Source: Candidatus Nomurabacteria bacterium RIFCSPHIGHO2_02_FULL_42_19 (GTDB lineage Bacteria; Patescibacteriota; Minisyncoccia; Phycocordibacterales; UBA9973). Taken from it: a stretch of 64,000 nucleotides of DNA. Below the pieces are notes generated by a model. The model ran no database searches. It saw nothing but the letters and a program-made list of their open reading frames with translations, and was not told where the DNA came from. Both the position numbers and the translations under genes were made by a program. Location: positions 11,006-75,005 of the forward strand of contig MFUG01000013.1 of NCBI GenBank assembly GCA_001785615.1, given 5' to 3'. Positions within the stretch are counted from its first letter, which is position 1, and every line of letters begins with the position of its first letter. Shown in pieces: positions 19,655-27,731 of the stretch.

Positions 19655-20049
19655 ACTAATTTTCTATCCAATAACTCTTGAATATATTTGTCCATCGGCT
19701 CAAGTTTAGACAATTCACCTCGAGTAAGCCAGCGATGTTTTGAATGCTCTTCAGATAATTTTACTTCACCTATAGCTTCTCCTGCATAAGTAAGACAAAC
19801 AACATGTTTATCGGCCTTCAAAATATCCTGCGCCAGAAGAAGTTTAGGTTCGCCTGTAATAGAAAGTCCGGCTTCCTCCATCACTTCTCTTTTTAAGTTA
19901 TCGAGCAGAAAAACTCCAGGGGTAATTCTCCCGCCAACTATGTCCCATTTTGCTCCCACTTCCGGATACTTCTCTGGATTCCTCTGCAATAGTAAAAACT
20001 TTCCTTCTTTATTATTTAACAAAATTTTTACCCCGACTTGCAGTTCCAT
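19651..20049 (-). CDS. NUDIX hydrolase
   Basis: WDIVGGRI..G..LLDNLKREVMEEAG. Confidence 0.85.
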   Translation of the reverse strand: MELQVGVKILLNNKEGKFLLLQRNPEKYPEVGAKWDIVGGRITPGVFLLDNLKREVMEEAGLSITGEPKLLLAQDILKADKHVVCLTYAGEAIGEVKLSEEHSKHRWLTRGELSKLEPMDKYIQELLDRKLV

Positions 20050-20052
20050 AAA

Positions 20053-20349
20053 TTATTTTTGGTATGAATGCCTAAGTTCAACTTTATCTTCATTTAAGCT
20101 ATATTCATATATATAGCGCACAGCGGGAGGTTGTTGTTCAACTCTAAAAAGAATACTTAGTTGTGGTCTCCCGTTACCAGAATGATTAAAAATAACATGG
20201 TCACAATCGCTTGCTTCAGGAAATCTTTCTTTTACTTTTTCGACAGGAATCTTCATCAGGCGAGAGAGCATCTCTAACCCCCTTTCTAAATCTAAAGATC
20301 TACTAAATTCTAGATTGATCCCCCACAATGGTGCTCCTTTTTCTATCAT
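20053..20349 (-). CDS. Hypothetical protein
   Basis: 98-aa ORF packed tightly in the operon between glyA and the NUDIX gene. Confidence 0.55.
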   Translation of the reverse strand: MIEKGAPLWGINLEFSRSLDLERGLEMLSRLMKIPVEKVKERFPEASDCDHVIFNHSGNGRPQLSILFRVEQQPPAVRYIYEYSLNEDKVELRHSYQK

Positions 20350-20355
20350 AAATTT

Positions 20356-21600
20356 TTAGACAAACTTTTTCGGTATCGGAAACTTTTTTGCTAAGGTCTT
20401 AATTTCTTTGTGAATGGATTCTTTCATCTTTTTATTGTCTTTATTCTTGAGCGTTTCAATTAAAAGTTCTGCCACTAGTTTACATTCTTTTCCCTTGAAC
20501 CCGCGCGTAGTTATCGCCGGAGTGCCGAAACGGATCCCAGATGGGTCCAGCGGTTTCCTGGTGTCCCCTGCAATAGAATTCATGTTGAGAGTGATACCTA
20601 CCTCATCTAGTACCGTCTGCGCCTCTTTGCCTGTCACCCCAAGCGAGCCGAAAACATCGGCCAAAATCAGGTGATTATCCGTTCCGCCACCAATCATACG
20701 AATTTTATTTTTGCGTAAAACCCCTTCCATCGCTTTAGCATTTTTTAGGACCTGTCTTGCGTATTTTTTATACTTCGGTGTCATCGCCTCACCGAAGGCC
20801 ACCGCTTTCGCCGCGATAGTGTGCATGTGCGGGCCACCTTGAATACCGGGGAAAATTGATTTATCAATTTTCTTGGCAATTTCTTCACTTTCGCGGGTTA
20901 AAATTATGCCTCCACGTGGACCACGAAGTGTCTTGTGAGTGGTAGAAGTGATAACATCAAAGCCGTCATCAAATGGATTACGAAGTTCTCCCGCAGCAAT
21001 GAGCCCGGCAATGTGCGCCATGTCTGCCATAGTGATAGCTCCGACTTCGTGAGCAATTTCCACAAATTTTTTATAGTCCAGTGTGCGCGAATAGGCAGAA
21101 AACCCGGCAATAATTAATTTCGGCTTGGTCTCAAGCGCCACTTTTCGCATGTCTTCATAATCAATCTCTCCCGTATCCGGATTTTTCATTTTGTAAGTGA
21201 CGAATTTGTAAATTTTAGCAGGCAAAGTCATCGGGTGGCCATGAGTTAGGTGCCCACCGTGCGACAAATCCAGGCCGAGCACTGTGTCCCCCGGCACAAG
21301 AAGCGCCGCATACACTGCCAAGTTTGCCGGAGCGCCGGAATGCGGCTGAACATTGGCAAATTTACACTTAAAAAGTTTACAGATGCGTTCAATTGCCAGG
21401 CGTTCCACTTGATCTGTAAAATCCTGTCCTCCATAATAACGGCGGCCGGGATACCCTTCGGAATATTTATTGGTAAAGACCGAACCGTTCGCTCTCAAAA
21501 CGTCTTCCGATACATAGTTCTCCGATGGAATGAGTTCCAGCCCCTCTGCCTGTCTCTTTTCTTCCCCTTTGATCAACTTCTCTACTAGTTTATCTCGCAT
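20356..21600 (-). CDS. glyA: Serine hydroxymethyltransferase
   Basis: LIPSENY, NKYSEGYPG, GGHLTHG, STTHKTLRGPRGG. Confidence 0.97.
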   Translation of the reverse strand: MRDKLVEKLIKGEEKRQAEGLELIPSENYVSEDVLRANGSVFTNKYSEGYPGRRYYGGQDFTDQVERLAIERICKLFKCKFANVQPHSGAPANLAVYAALLVPGDTVLGLDLSHGGHLTHGHPMTLPAKIYKFVTYKMKNPDTGEIDYEDMRKVALETKPKLIIAGFSAYSRTLDYKKFVEIAHEVGAITMADMAHIAGLIAAGELRNPFDDGFDVITSTTHKTLRGPRGGIILTRESEEIAKKIDKSIFPGIQGGPHMHTIAAKAVAFGEAMTPKYKKYARQVLKNAKAMEGVLRKNKIRMIGGGTDNHLILADVFGSLGVTGKEAQTVLDEVGITLNMNSIAGDTRKPLDPSGIRFGTPAITTRGFKGKECKLVAELLIETLKNKDNKKMKESIHKEIKTLAKKFPIPKKFV

Positions 21601-22448
21601 GCGCCCAGTATATCACAAGAAAAAATTATTGTCCCAAGCAAATCTGTACGTAAAATTTTTGCCCCAAACTGAATAAGTGTGTCCAAAGTTTCTGGATGCG
21701 GATGTCCGTATTTATTATCTTTGCCGTCGGAGACAAGCGCATATGCTGGCGAGACGGCCTCCACGAAGGATGCGGATGAAGAAGTGCGCGAGCCGTGATG
21801 TCCGACTTTTAAAATATCGCTTGCAAGCGCCTCCTTGGAAAAACCGCCGAGCACTATTTTTTCTGTTTTAGCTGTGGCGTCTCCCATGAGCATGACAGAG
21901 GTGTCGCCATAAGTTAATTTGGCCACGATTGAGCCATCGTTTGGAGACCAATCAAAGATATCTCTGTCTGGAAATAAAATATCAATGACTGCGCCGCCGC
22001 CGATGTTAAGCCGCATTCCTTTCTTGGCTAAAACATTCGGAATATTTTTCCTTTTTATTTCGGCTTCAAGGTTTTGATATGTTTTTGAATCATTTATCGT
22101 TCCGGACTCAAGCACTGCTCCTACTTCGTAGACATTGAGGACATCCGGGAATCCGCCGATGTGGTCTTGGTCCGGGTTGGTGATGATTATAGCGTCCAGC
22201 TTCCGGTCAAAAGGAGACATTATCCGTGAAAGCTGGCTTAATATCTTCCGAGGCGGCCCCGCGTCCACCAATATCTGGGTTCCGGTTGGCGACTCTATAA
22301 AAAGCGCATCGCCTTGCCCGATGTCCAGTATGGCAAAAGTAAGCTCCTGCCCGAAGCTTTTGAAATCAAGATAAACTAGAAAAATATTTGAAACTAGCAG
22401 CAGAAAAACAAATATTAACAGGCCATACTTCTGACGTTTTGGAGTCAT
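21585..22448 (-). CDS. ComEC/Rec2-type MBL-fold domain protein
   Basis: DIGQGDA, TNPDQDHIGG, LKVGHHGS, YGHPH. Confidence 0.88.
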   Translation of the reverse strand: MTPKRQKYGLLIFVFLLLVSNIFLVYLDFKSFGQELTFAILDIGQGDALFIESPTGTQILVDAGPPRKILSQLSRIMSPFDRKLDAIIITNPDQDHIGGFPDVLNVYEVGAVLESGTINDSKTYQNLEAEIKRKNIPNVLAKKGMRLNIGGGAVIDILFPDRDIFDWSPNDGSIVAKLTYGDTSVMLMGDATAKTEKIVLGGFSKEALASDILKVGHHGSRTSSSASFVEAVSPAYALVSDGKDNKYGHPHPETLDTLIQFGAKILRTDLLGTIIFSCDILGACEIN

Positions 22449-22465
22449 GGTATAATACTAACATG
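22446..22465. promoter_or_regulatory. 14-bp bidirectional leaderless promoter (MBL gene / sod)
   Basis: CAT-GGTATAATACTAAC-ATG: TG-n-TATAAT on top and TG-n-TAGTAT on bottom, each 6 nt before an ATG. Confidence 0.6.
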
Positions 22466-23059
22466 AAAAAATTTGAAGAAATGAAATTTAATATCCCAGA
22501 GCTTAAGGGCATTTCCAAGAAAAATATTGATGAGCACCTGAAGCTTTACGCCGGCTATGTAAAAAATGCAAACTTGATTACAGATAAAATTGGAGAATAC
22601 ATGGCAGACCCGGAGAAAAATATGTTTGTACTAGGAGAGTTGCAAAGAAGGTTTAGTTTTGAATTTAACGGCATTAGGAATCATGAATATTATTTTGCTT
22701 CGCTTGAAGGTGGGGCGAAGCCGCTTTCCGCAAATTCTAAACTTAAAACTGCTATAGAGAATCAGACACCTTCTTTTGACGCCTGGCTGGTTTCATTCAA
22801 GTTGCTGGCTATGACTCGCGGTGTGGGCTGGGCAGTACTCGCCTGGGATCATGACACCGAGCAATTCCTCCACATTTGGGTAGATGAGCAACACCTGGGT
22901 CAATTAAACGGGGCGTGCTGGATACTGGCTATTGATATGTGGGAGCACGCTTTTGTTTACGACTACCCTACCTCGGAAAAGAAAAAATATATTGAGGCAT
23001 TTTTTGAAAACCTAAACTGGGAAGTAGCAGAAGAATATTTTACAGAACTTCAGCATTAA
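22463..23059 (+). CDS. sod: Fe/Mn superoxide dismutase
   Basis: H.KLY.GYV, NHEYYF, GWA, DMWEHAF; start at MKKFEE. Confidence 0.9.
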   Translation: MKKFEEMKFNIPELKGISKKNIDEHLKLYAGYVKNANLITDKIGEYMADPEKNMFVLGELQRRFSFEFNGIRNHEYYFASLEGGAKPLSANSKLKTAIENQTPSFDAWLVSFKLLAMTRGVGWAVLAWDHDTEQFLHIWVDEQHLGQLNGACWILAIDMWEHAFVYDYPTSEKKKYIEAFFENLNWEVAEEYFTELQH

Positions 23060-24515
23060 AAAATTTCTTTATAGCGCGCCCAAAAAGCATATAAATAAAA
23101 TATGCATAGGTTAGAAGTACTAGGAACAGGGGAAAATTTGGGACAGAAAAGGAGGCAAAAGGAATGTTGGCGAAAAATTCTATGACTCCGAGCACATAGT
23201 GAAGCAGGAGATATGATATGAAACCGGCCGGTACCGCTAAACCATACCAAATAATGCCGAAAAAGCTGGTGAGAAATCCGAGCAGCATAGTAAAAGGAAT
23301 AAAAGGTAAAACCAGGATGTTCGCCGGCAAGGCAACTAGGGAAAAATTACCCATTTTATATAAAATAAAAGGAAAAACGAAAATATACGCGGCGCTAGTA
23401 ACGGAAACTATGTCCCGCAACTTGAAATAGTCCGGCACCCACCTAAAATATTTTTCAATTCGAGGTGTAAAGAAGATTACTGCCACGGTAGCGATAAAAG
23501 AAAGCTGGAAAGAAACATCATAAACGAGCACAAATGGGTTTAATAGAATCATAAAAACACCGGCGAGTACCAGCGCTCTCCCCACATCGTATGTTCGGCC
23601 ACTAGCTCGGGCTACCAGTGCAAGCGTCGCCATTATCCCCGCTCGCAAGGCCGTAGAACTTCCGCCAGTCATCAAGACGAAAAGTAAAATCGCCAAAATC
23701 CCCATACCGATACCGAGGTGTTGCGGTAAAAAACTAAATAGTTTCATAAACCACTCGGCCACTATAGTGATGTTGTATCCGGAGAGAGCCACGATGTGTA
23801 TCGTTCCGGTATCGACAAAGCTCTGCCGCAGTTCCTGGCTAAAAGAGGACTTTTCCCCTAAAATCAGCCCGCCCATTAGGAGATTCTCGGGGCTCCTAAT
23901 AGCAAAATTCATTTTCTCTAAAAATTTTTCTTTGACAGAAAATAATATACTTTTTATCCAGTTCCCATGGCCACGTGAGACAACTTCTACTTCTCCATAG
24001 TTCACTATATAAAAGATTCCATCTTTACGTAAGTAATTTATATAGTCAAATTCTTTCCCCTGATCAGTAATAAAATTCTCTGGTTTTTCTAATTTTCCAG
24101 AAAAATTTACTTCGTCACCGTATTTGAAATATTGGTTGAAGTTTACTGTGGCTAAAATTTTTGTTTTTTCCTCCCCTACTTTAGTTTCAATAGTTAGATT
24201 CTGACTATTTTCTCTGATATCGGGCTCATCGACAATCATTCCAGATAAGGAAACCTTCTCTCCTAGTTGCGACTCAAAAACATAAGGCGCCGGCTTGTCA
24301 GCCATGTGAAACCTTAAAATCCCAAGTGAAAACATTAAAACAAAAATTCCAGTAATTATTCCCCACTTGTACTTTGCTAAACTAAAGTAGAAAACTCCTG
24401 CCAGCGGAATTATCACTAACAGCAAAATAAAATGAAAATTTACAGAAACAAAAGACCGCAAAAGTACTCCTATGGTAAAACCGAAACAAACTGAATAAAA
24501 AATCCTATCTTGCAT
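23040..24515 (-). CDS. comEC: ComEC competence membrane domain protein
   Basis: DUF4131-like N-terminus, HIVALSGYNI, SFQLSF. Confidence 0.9.
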   Translation of the reverse strand: MQDRIFYSVCFGFTIGVLLRSFVSVNFHFILLLVIIPLAGVFYFSLAKYKWGIITGIFVLMFSLGILRFHMADKPAPYVFESQLGEKVSLSGMIVDEPDIRENSQNLTIETKVGEEKTKILATVNFNQYFKYGDEVNFSGKLEKPENFITDQGKEFDYINYLRKDGIFYIVNYGEVEVVSRGHGNWIKSILFSVKEKFLEKMNFAIRSPENLLMGGLILGEKSSFSQELRQSFVDTGTIHIVALSGYNITIVAEWFMKLFSFLPQHLGIGMGILAILLFVLMTGGSSTALRAGIMATLALVARASGRTYDVGRALVLAGVFMILLNPFVLVYDVSFQLSFIATVAVIFFTPRIEKYFRWVPDYFKLRDIVSVTSAAYIFVFPFILYKMGNFSLVALPANILVLPFIPFTMLLGFLTSFFGIIWYGLAVPAGFISYLLLHYVLGVIEFFANIPFASFSVPNFPLFLVLLTYAYFIYMLFGRAIKKFFNAEVL

Positions 24516-24978
24516 TTTTTAATTTCACTGGCTCGCCTAGGGCATTGCTGGTGGCAATGAGGTCTGCGCGGTCGTTATGTTTATCCTCATTGTGTCCTTT
24601 CACGTAAGTCCACTTGGGCTTTAGCTCTTCCGTAAGTCCGTAAAGCTCTTCCCAAAGTGCGCGATTGAGGACTGGTTTTTTATTCGCATTGCGCCAATTA
24701 TTTTTTATCCAGTTCCCTATCCACTCGGTAATTCCTAAAATTACATATTTGGAGTCCGAGATAATTTCCACATTTAAGCCATGGCTGAAATGTGTTTTTA
24801 CATATTTCAAAGCTTCAATGGGAGCGGTAAGCTCCATTATGTTATTCGTCGCATGCTCGACGCTCCCACCAATTTCAAAAACTTTTTTATCCACAACAAA
24901 AACCGCACCCCAACCAGCCGCCCCAGGATTGCCCTTCGCCGCCCCATCGGTATAAATTGTGATTTTGTTATTTTTCAC
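24505..24978 (-). CDS. rnhA: Ribonuclease HI
   Basis: YTDGAAKGNPG, TNNIMEL, SDSKYV, VKGH, NDRAD. Confidence 0.95.
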   Translation of the reverse strand: MKNNKITIYTDGAAKGNPGAAGWGAVFVVDKKVFEIGGSVEHATNNIMELTAPIEALKYVKTHFSHGLNVEIISDSKYVILGITEWIGNWIKNNWRNANKKPVLNRALWEELYGLTEELKPKWTYVKGHNEDKHNDRADLIATSNALGEPVKLKNAR

Positions 24979-24980
24979 AA

Positions 24981-26654
24981 CTAAATTATATCAGTTACTC
25001 TTAATCTTAACTCTTCTCGGCCTCTCCATCTAGACAAGTCAAAAGTCGCCAGAAGATTGACATTTCCTCCTTCAGCTATAGGTATCTTAAAAGAATTGTG
25101 GTTAGAGAAAAAGGAAACGGCCTTGGACTTATGGCCCTCTTTGTTGGAAAAAGCAATTTCTAAGTGCTCTTCCGAACCATTTTTGCCAAATTTTTTTATT
25201 TTTTCCACTTTCACTCCCTCAAAAAGAAAAATGGGCTTCTCATTTCCTATGCCGAAAGGGGCAAGTTTGGCAAGTTCTTTCCAATTTTTCATATTAACTG
25301 CATCAAGATCCGTATTTATATCATGCAAAAGACCATTACTGAAGTCCCCACTTAAATCATTACTTTTTTCCTCTTTTTTTATTTTATTAAATGACAGAGA
25401 CAGAGCCTCCTCTAAGAAATGAATTTTGTCGTTCTTCACTGTAAATCCGCCAGCCAGCTCATGCCCACCAAAATCCGTAAAAAATTCACCCGTTGCAGCC
25501 ATCAACTCAACGACAGAAACCGAGCCATCACTTCGACATGATCCCTTAATGCAACTATTCTCGTCCTTGCCCCAGACAAATACGGGCTTATTGTGTTCAT
25601 CCGATATCTTGCCAGCCACCAGCCCCAAAACACCTACCCGCCAGGAAGGATTACCTATTACTATTACTTCCCGCAATTCGCCGGCGCTTCTTTTTTCAAA
25701 ATTTTTATTGACTTCACGCATAATGCTCACCACAATACTCTTCCTGTCGTCATTAATTTTTGACAATTGATCCGCCAGTATCCCCGCTTCTACTTCGTCT
25801 TCGGTGGAAAGAAGTTCGTAGGCCAAAAGTGGGCTCGCCATTCGGGAGGCGGCATTGAGCCGTGGAGCGAGCATAAAGCCGACATCGTCTTCGGTTAAAT
25901 ATTTCTGATCAATGTTCATTTTTGCTAAAAGTTTCTGCAGGCCGGGACGGGGCGACTTGCGTAAGACCGTCATCCCGAAGTGAGCGATAGCCCTGTTCTC
26001 GCCCAAAAGCGGCACCATGTCGGAGAGAGTGGCAAGGCCTGCCATGTCTAGCATCCATTTTTCCGCGCCATCTTTTATTTTAAAATATTCGCCGTATTTT
26101 TTTATAAATCCTTGCACTAATTTGAAAACTACTCCGGCCCCACAGAGCATTTTTCCCGGATAGTCATCCGTTTTAGGATTTAAAATAGCGTAAGCGCGAG
26201 GCAGAACCTCAGGTGGCAAGTGGTGGTCCGTAATTATTACGTCAATATCATCTACTTCTGTTTGAGCTACTTCAGCCACCGCCGTAATACCGAGGTCAAC
26301 AGTTATTAAAAGCTTTACTCCTGCCTCGGCAAATTGTTTTATCGCTTCTAGATTTAGCCCATAGCCCTCGGAATTTCTTTGGGGAATGTAGACCTCGTAA
26401 TTTGAATAATTTATTTTCTTAAACAAGTCGCACAGAATCACTGCGCCAGGAATTCCGTCACAATCATAGTCCGCATAGATAACTATCTTTTCTTTATTCT
26501 CTATCGCTTCATATAGCCGTACACAGGCGCGCTCCATGTCTTTCATCAAGAATGGGTCATGCAAGTCACGCTTGTAATCTGGATTTAAAAAAATTTCTCT
26601 TTCCTCTTCACCCATAATTCCACGTTTTTCCAAAATAGTTTCCAATAATTCCAT
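24981..26654 (-). CDS. recJ: ssDNA exonuclease RecJ
   Basis: DYDCDG, ITDHH, PRLNAASR, GGHELAGG. Confidence 0.93.
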   Translation of the reverse strand: MELLETILEKRGIMGEEEREIFLNPDYKRDLHDPFLMKDMERACVRLYEAIENKEKIVIYADYDCDGIPGAVILCDLFKKINYSNYEVYIPQRNSEGYGLNLEAIKQFAEAGVKLLITVDLGITAVAEVAQTEVDDIDVIITDHHLPPEVLPRAYAILNPKTDDYPGKMLCGAGVVFKLVQGFIKKYGEYFKIKDGAEKWMLDMAGLATLSDMVPLLGENRAIAHFGMTVLRKSPRPGLQKLLAKMNIDQKYLTEDDVGFMLAPRLNAASRMASPLLAYELLSTEDEVEAGILADQLSKINDDRKSIVVSIMREVNKNFEKRSAGELREVIVIGNPSWRVGVLGLVAGKISDEHNKPVFVWGKDENSCIKGSCRSDGSVSVVELMAATGEFFTDFGGHELAGGFTVKNDKIHFLEEALSLSFNKIKKEEKSNDLSGDFSNGLLHDINTDLDAVNMKNWKELAKLAPFGIGNEKPIFLFEGVKVEKIKKFGKNGSEEHLEIAFSNKEGHKSKAVSFFSNHNSFKIPIAEGGNVNLLATFDLSRWRGREELRLRVTDII

Positions 26655-26671
26655 GATATAATACTAGCATG
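26652..26671. promoter_or_regulatory. 14-bp bidirectional leaderless promoter (recJ / HIT)
   Basis: CAT-GATATAATACTAGC-ATG, near-identical to 22446-22465. Confidence 0.6.
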
Positions 26672-27061
26672 GAAAGCTGTGTTTTCTGCAAAATTGTAAA
26701 AGGCGAAATCCCTTGTGACAAAACCTATGAGGATAAGGACTTTTTGTCATTTTTGACCATCGAACCGGTCTCCGACGGACATCTTTTAATAATACCCAAG
26801 GAGCATGTGGCCTGGATGCAGGATGCAAGCGATGAAACACTCGCGGGGCTTTTTAAGGTGGCAAAAAAGTTAATGAGGGCGATAAAAAAAGGATTTAAGG
26901 CGGACTACGTACAGCTCTCTGTCGCCGGCGAAGAAGTGCCACATTTTCATGTACATTTATTTTCGAGATATTTAAATGATGGTCTATTTAACTTTCCTCA
27001 CAAGAAATACAAAGAGGGCGAAGCAAGCAAAATTGTAAAAAAAATTACTCAAGCGTTTTGA
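26669..27061 (+). CDS. HIT family nucleotide hydrolase
   Basis: CVFCKI, HFHVHL triad. Confidence 0.92.
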   Translation: MESCVFCKIVKGEIPCDKTYEDKDFLSFLTIEPVSDGHLLIIPKEHVAWMQDASDETLAGLFKVAKKLMRAIKKGFKADYVQLSVAGEEVPHFHVHLFSRYLNDGLFNFPHKKYKEGEASKIVKKITQAF

Positions 27062-27091
27062 TAAGAAATTTAACAAAACGATTCCCATAAA

Positions 27092-27135
27092 ATCAATATT
27101 TATAATTCTGCTATAGCAGATAAAAAAGTATCGAT
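27092..27135. repeat. Palindromic flanking repeat, cassette 4 downstream copy
   Basis: ATCAATATTTATAATTCTGCTA|TAGCAGATAAAAAAGTATCGAT; perfect core TCTGCTATAGCAGA; 3 nt from the stop codon. Confidence 0.75.
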
Positions 27136-27138
27136 AAC

Positions 27139-27636
27139 TTAACTTAAAGCAAAAGAGTCGGTTTTGTACGGTTTTGCTAATTTTAATACCTTTATACATT
27201 TCTCAAGATGAATGTGCTCTAGATAAGAGATAAATTCTCGAGGCAAAGGAGAAGGACCAACCCATATACTTTTTTGAATCATTTTATACCCGAACTTTCT
27301 TAAATGCCACCTGAACCATTCCCGCTCAGCTCTCTTACTTTGCGGGATATCATACATCACAATAAGATTTTTTGGGGCGTCTTTGGGAAAACAAGATGGA
27401 AATTCCTTTATGAAGTTCAACTTTCTTTCTAAATACTTCCTACCAGCACTAGTTATAATTGCCTTGTCCTCTCCTGTCAGAATATACTTTTTCTGTTTCA
27501 ACTCGTATAAAGAGTTTCGGATAGATTGTCTTTTATAAGAGCCGAAGGCGGGCAAGCCAAAGAAGCTCACCGGCATACCCTTGTACCTAAAGTGCGGTTC
27601 TAGAAGAAGCCCTAGAATTTTTTCTCCTAAATTCAT
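27139..27636 (-). CDS. PaaX-like protein (wHTH + Cas2-like domain), copy 4
   Basis: SIRNSLYELKQKKYI...ITSAG; IVMYDIPQSKRAEREWFR...GYKMIQKSIWVG. Confidence 0.8.
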   Translation of the reverse strand: MNLGEKILGLLLEPHFRYKGMPVSFFGLPAFGSYKRQSIRNSLYELKQKKYILTGEDKAIITSAGRKYLERKLNFIKEFPSCFPKDAPKNLIVMYDIPQSKRAEREWFRWHLRKFGYKMIQKSIWVGPSPLPREFISYLEHIHLEKCIKVLKLAKPYKTDSFALS

Positions 27637-27661
27637 AGCTTAATTAAGCATAACACACTAT

Positions 27662-27697
27662 ATACTCAAAATCTAGCCATGGCATAAATTAAAGTAT
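27662..27697. repeat. Palindromic flanking repeat, cassette 4 upstream copy (diverged)
   Basis: ATACTCAAAATCTAGCCA|TGGCATAAATTAAAGTAT; 24/36 to the downstream copy; symmetric core change GCTATAGC to GCCATGGC. Confidence 0.6.
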
Positions 27698-27731
27698 GGT
27701 AACACAAAATTATATAGTATTAATTTAGAAA

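Noticed and set aside
4324-27697. CRISPR-Cas locus (Cas2-like genes plus 34-44 bp palindromic repeats)
   Set aside because: Only two repeats per locus, separated by a whole gene rather than 30-40 bp spacers; no cas1 or effector genes in the window.
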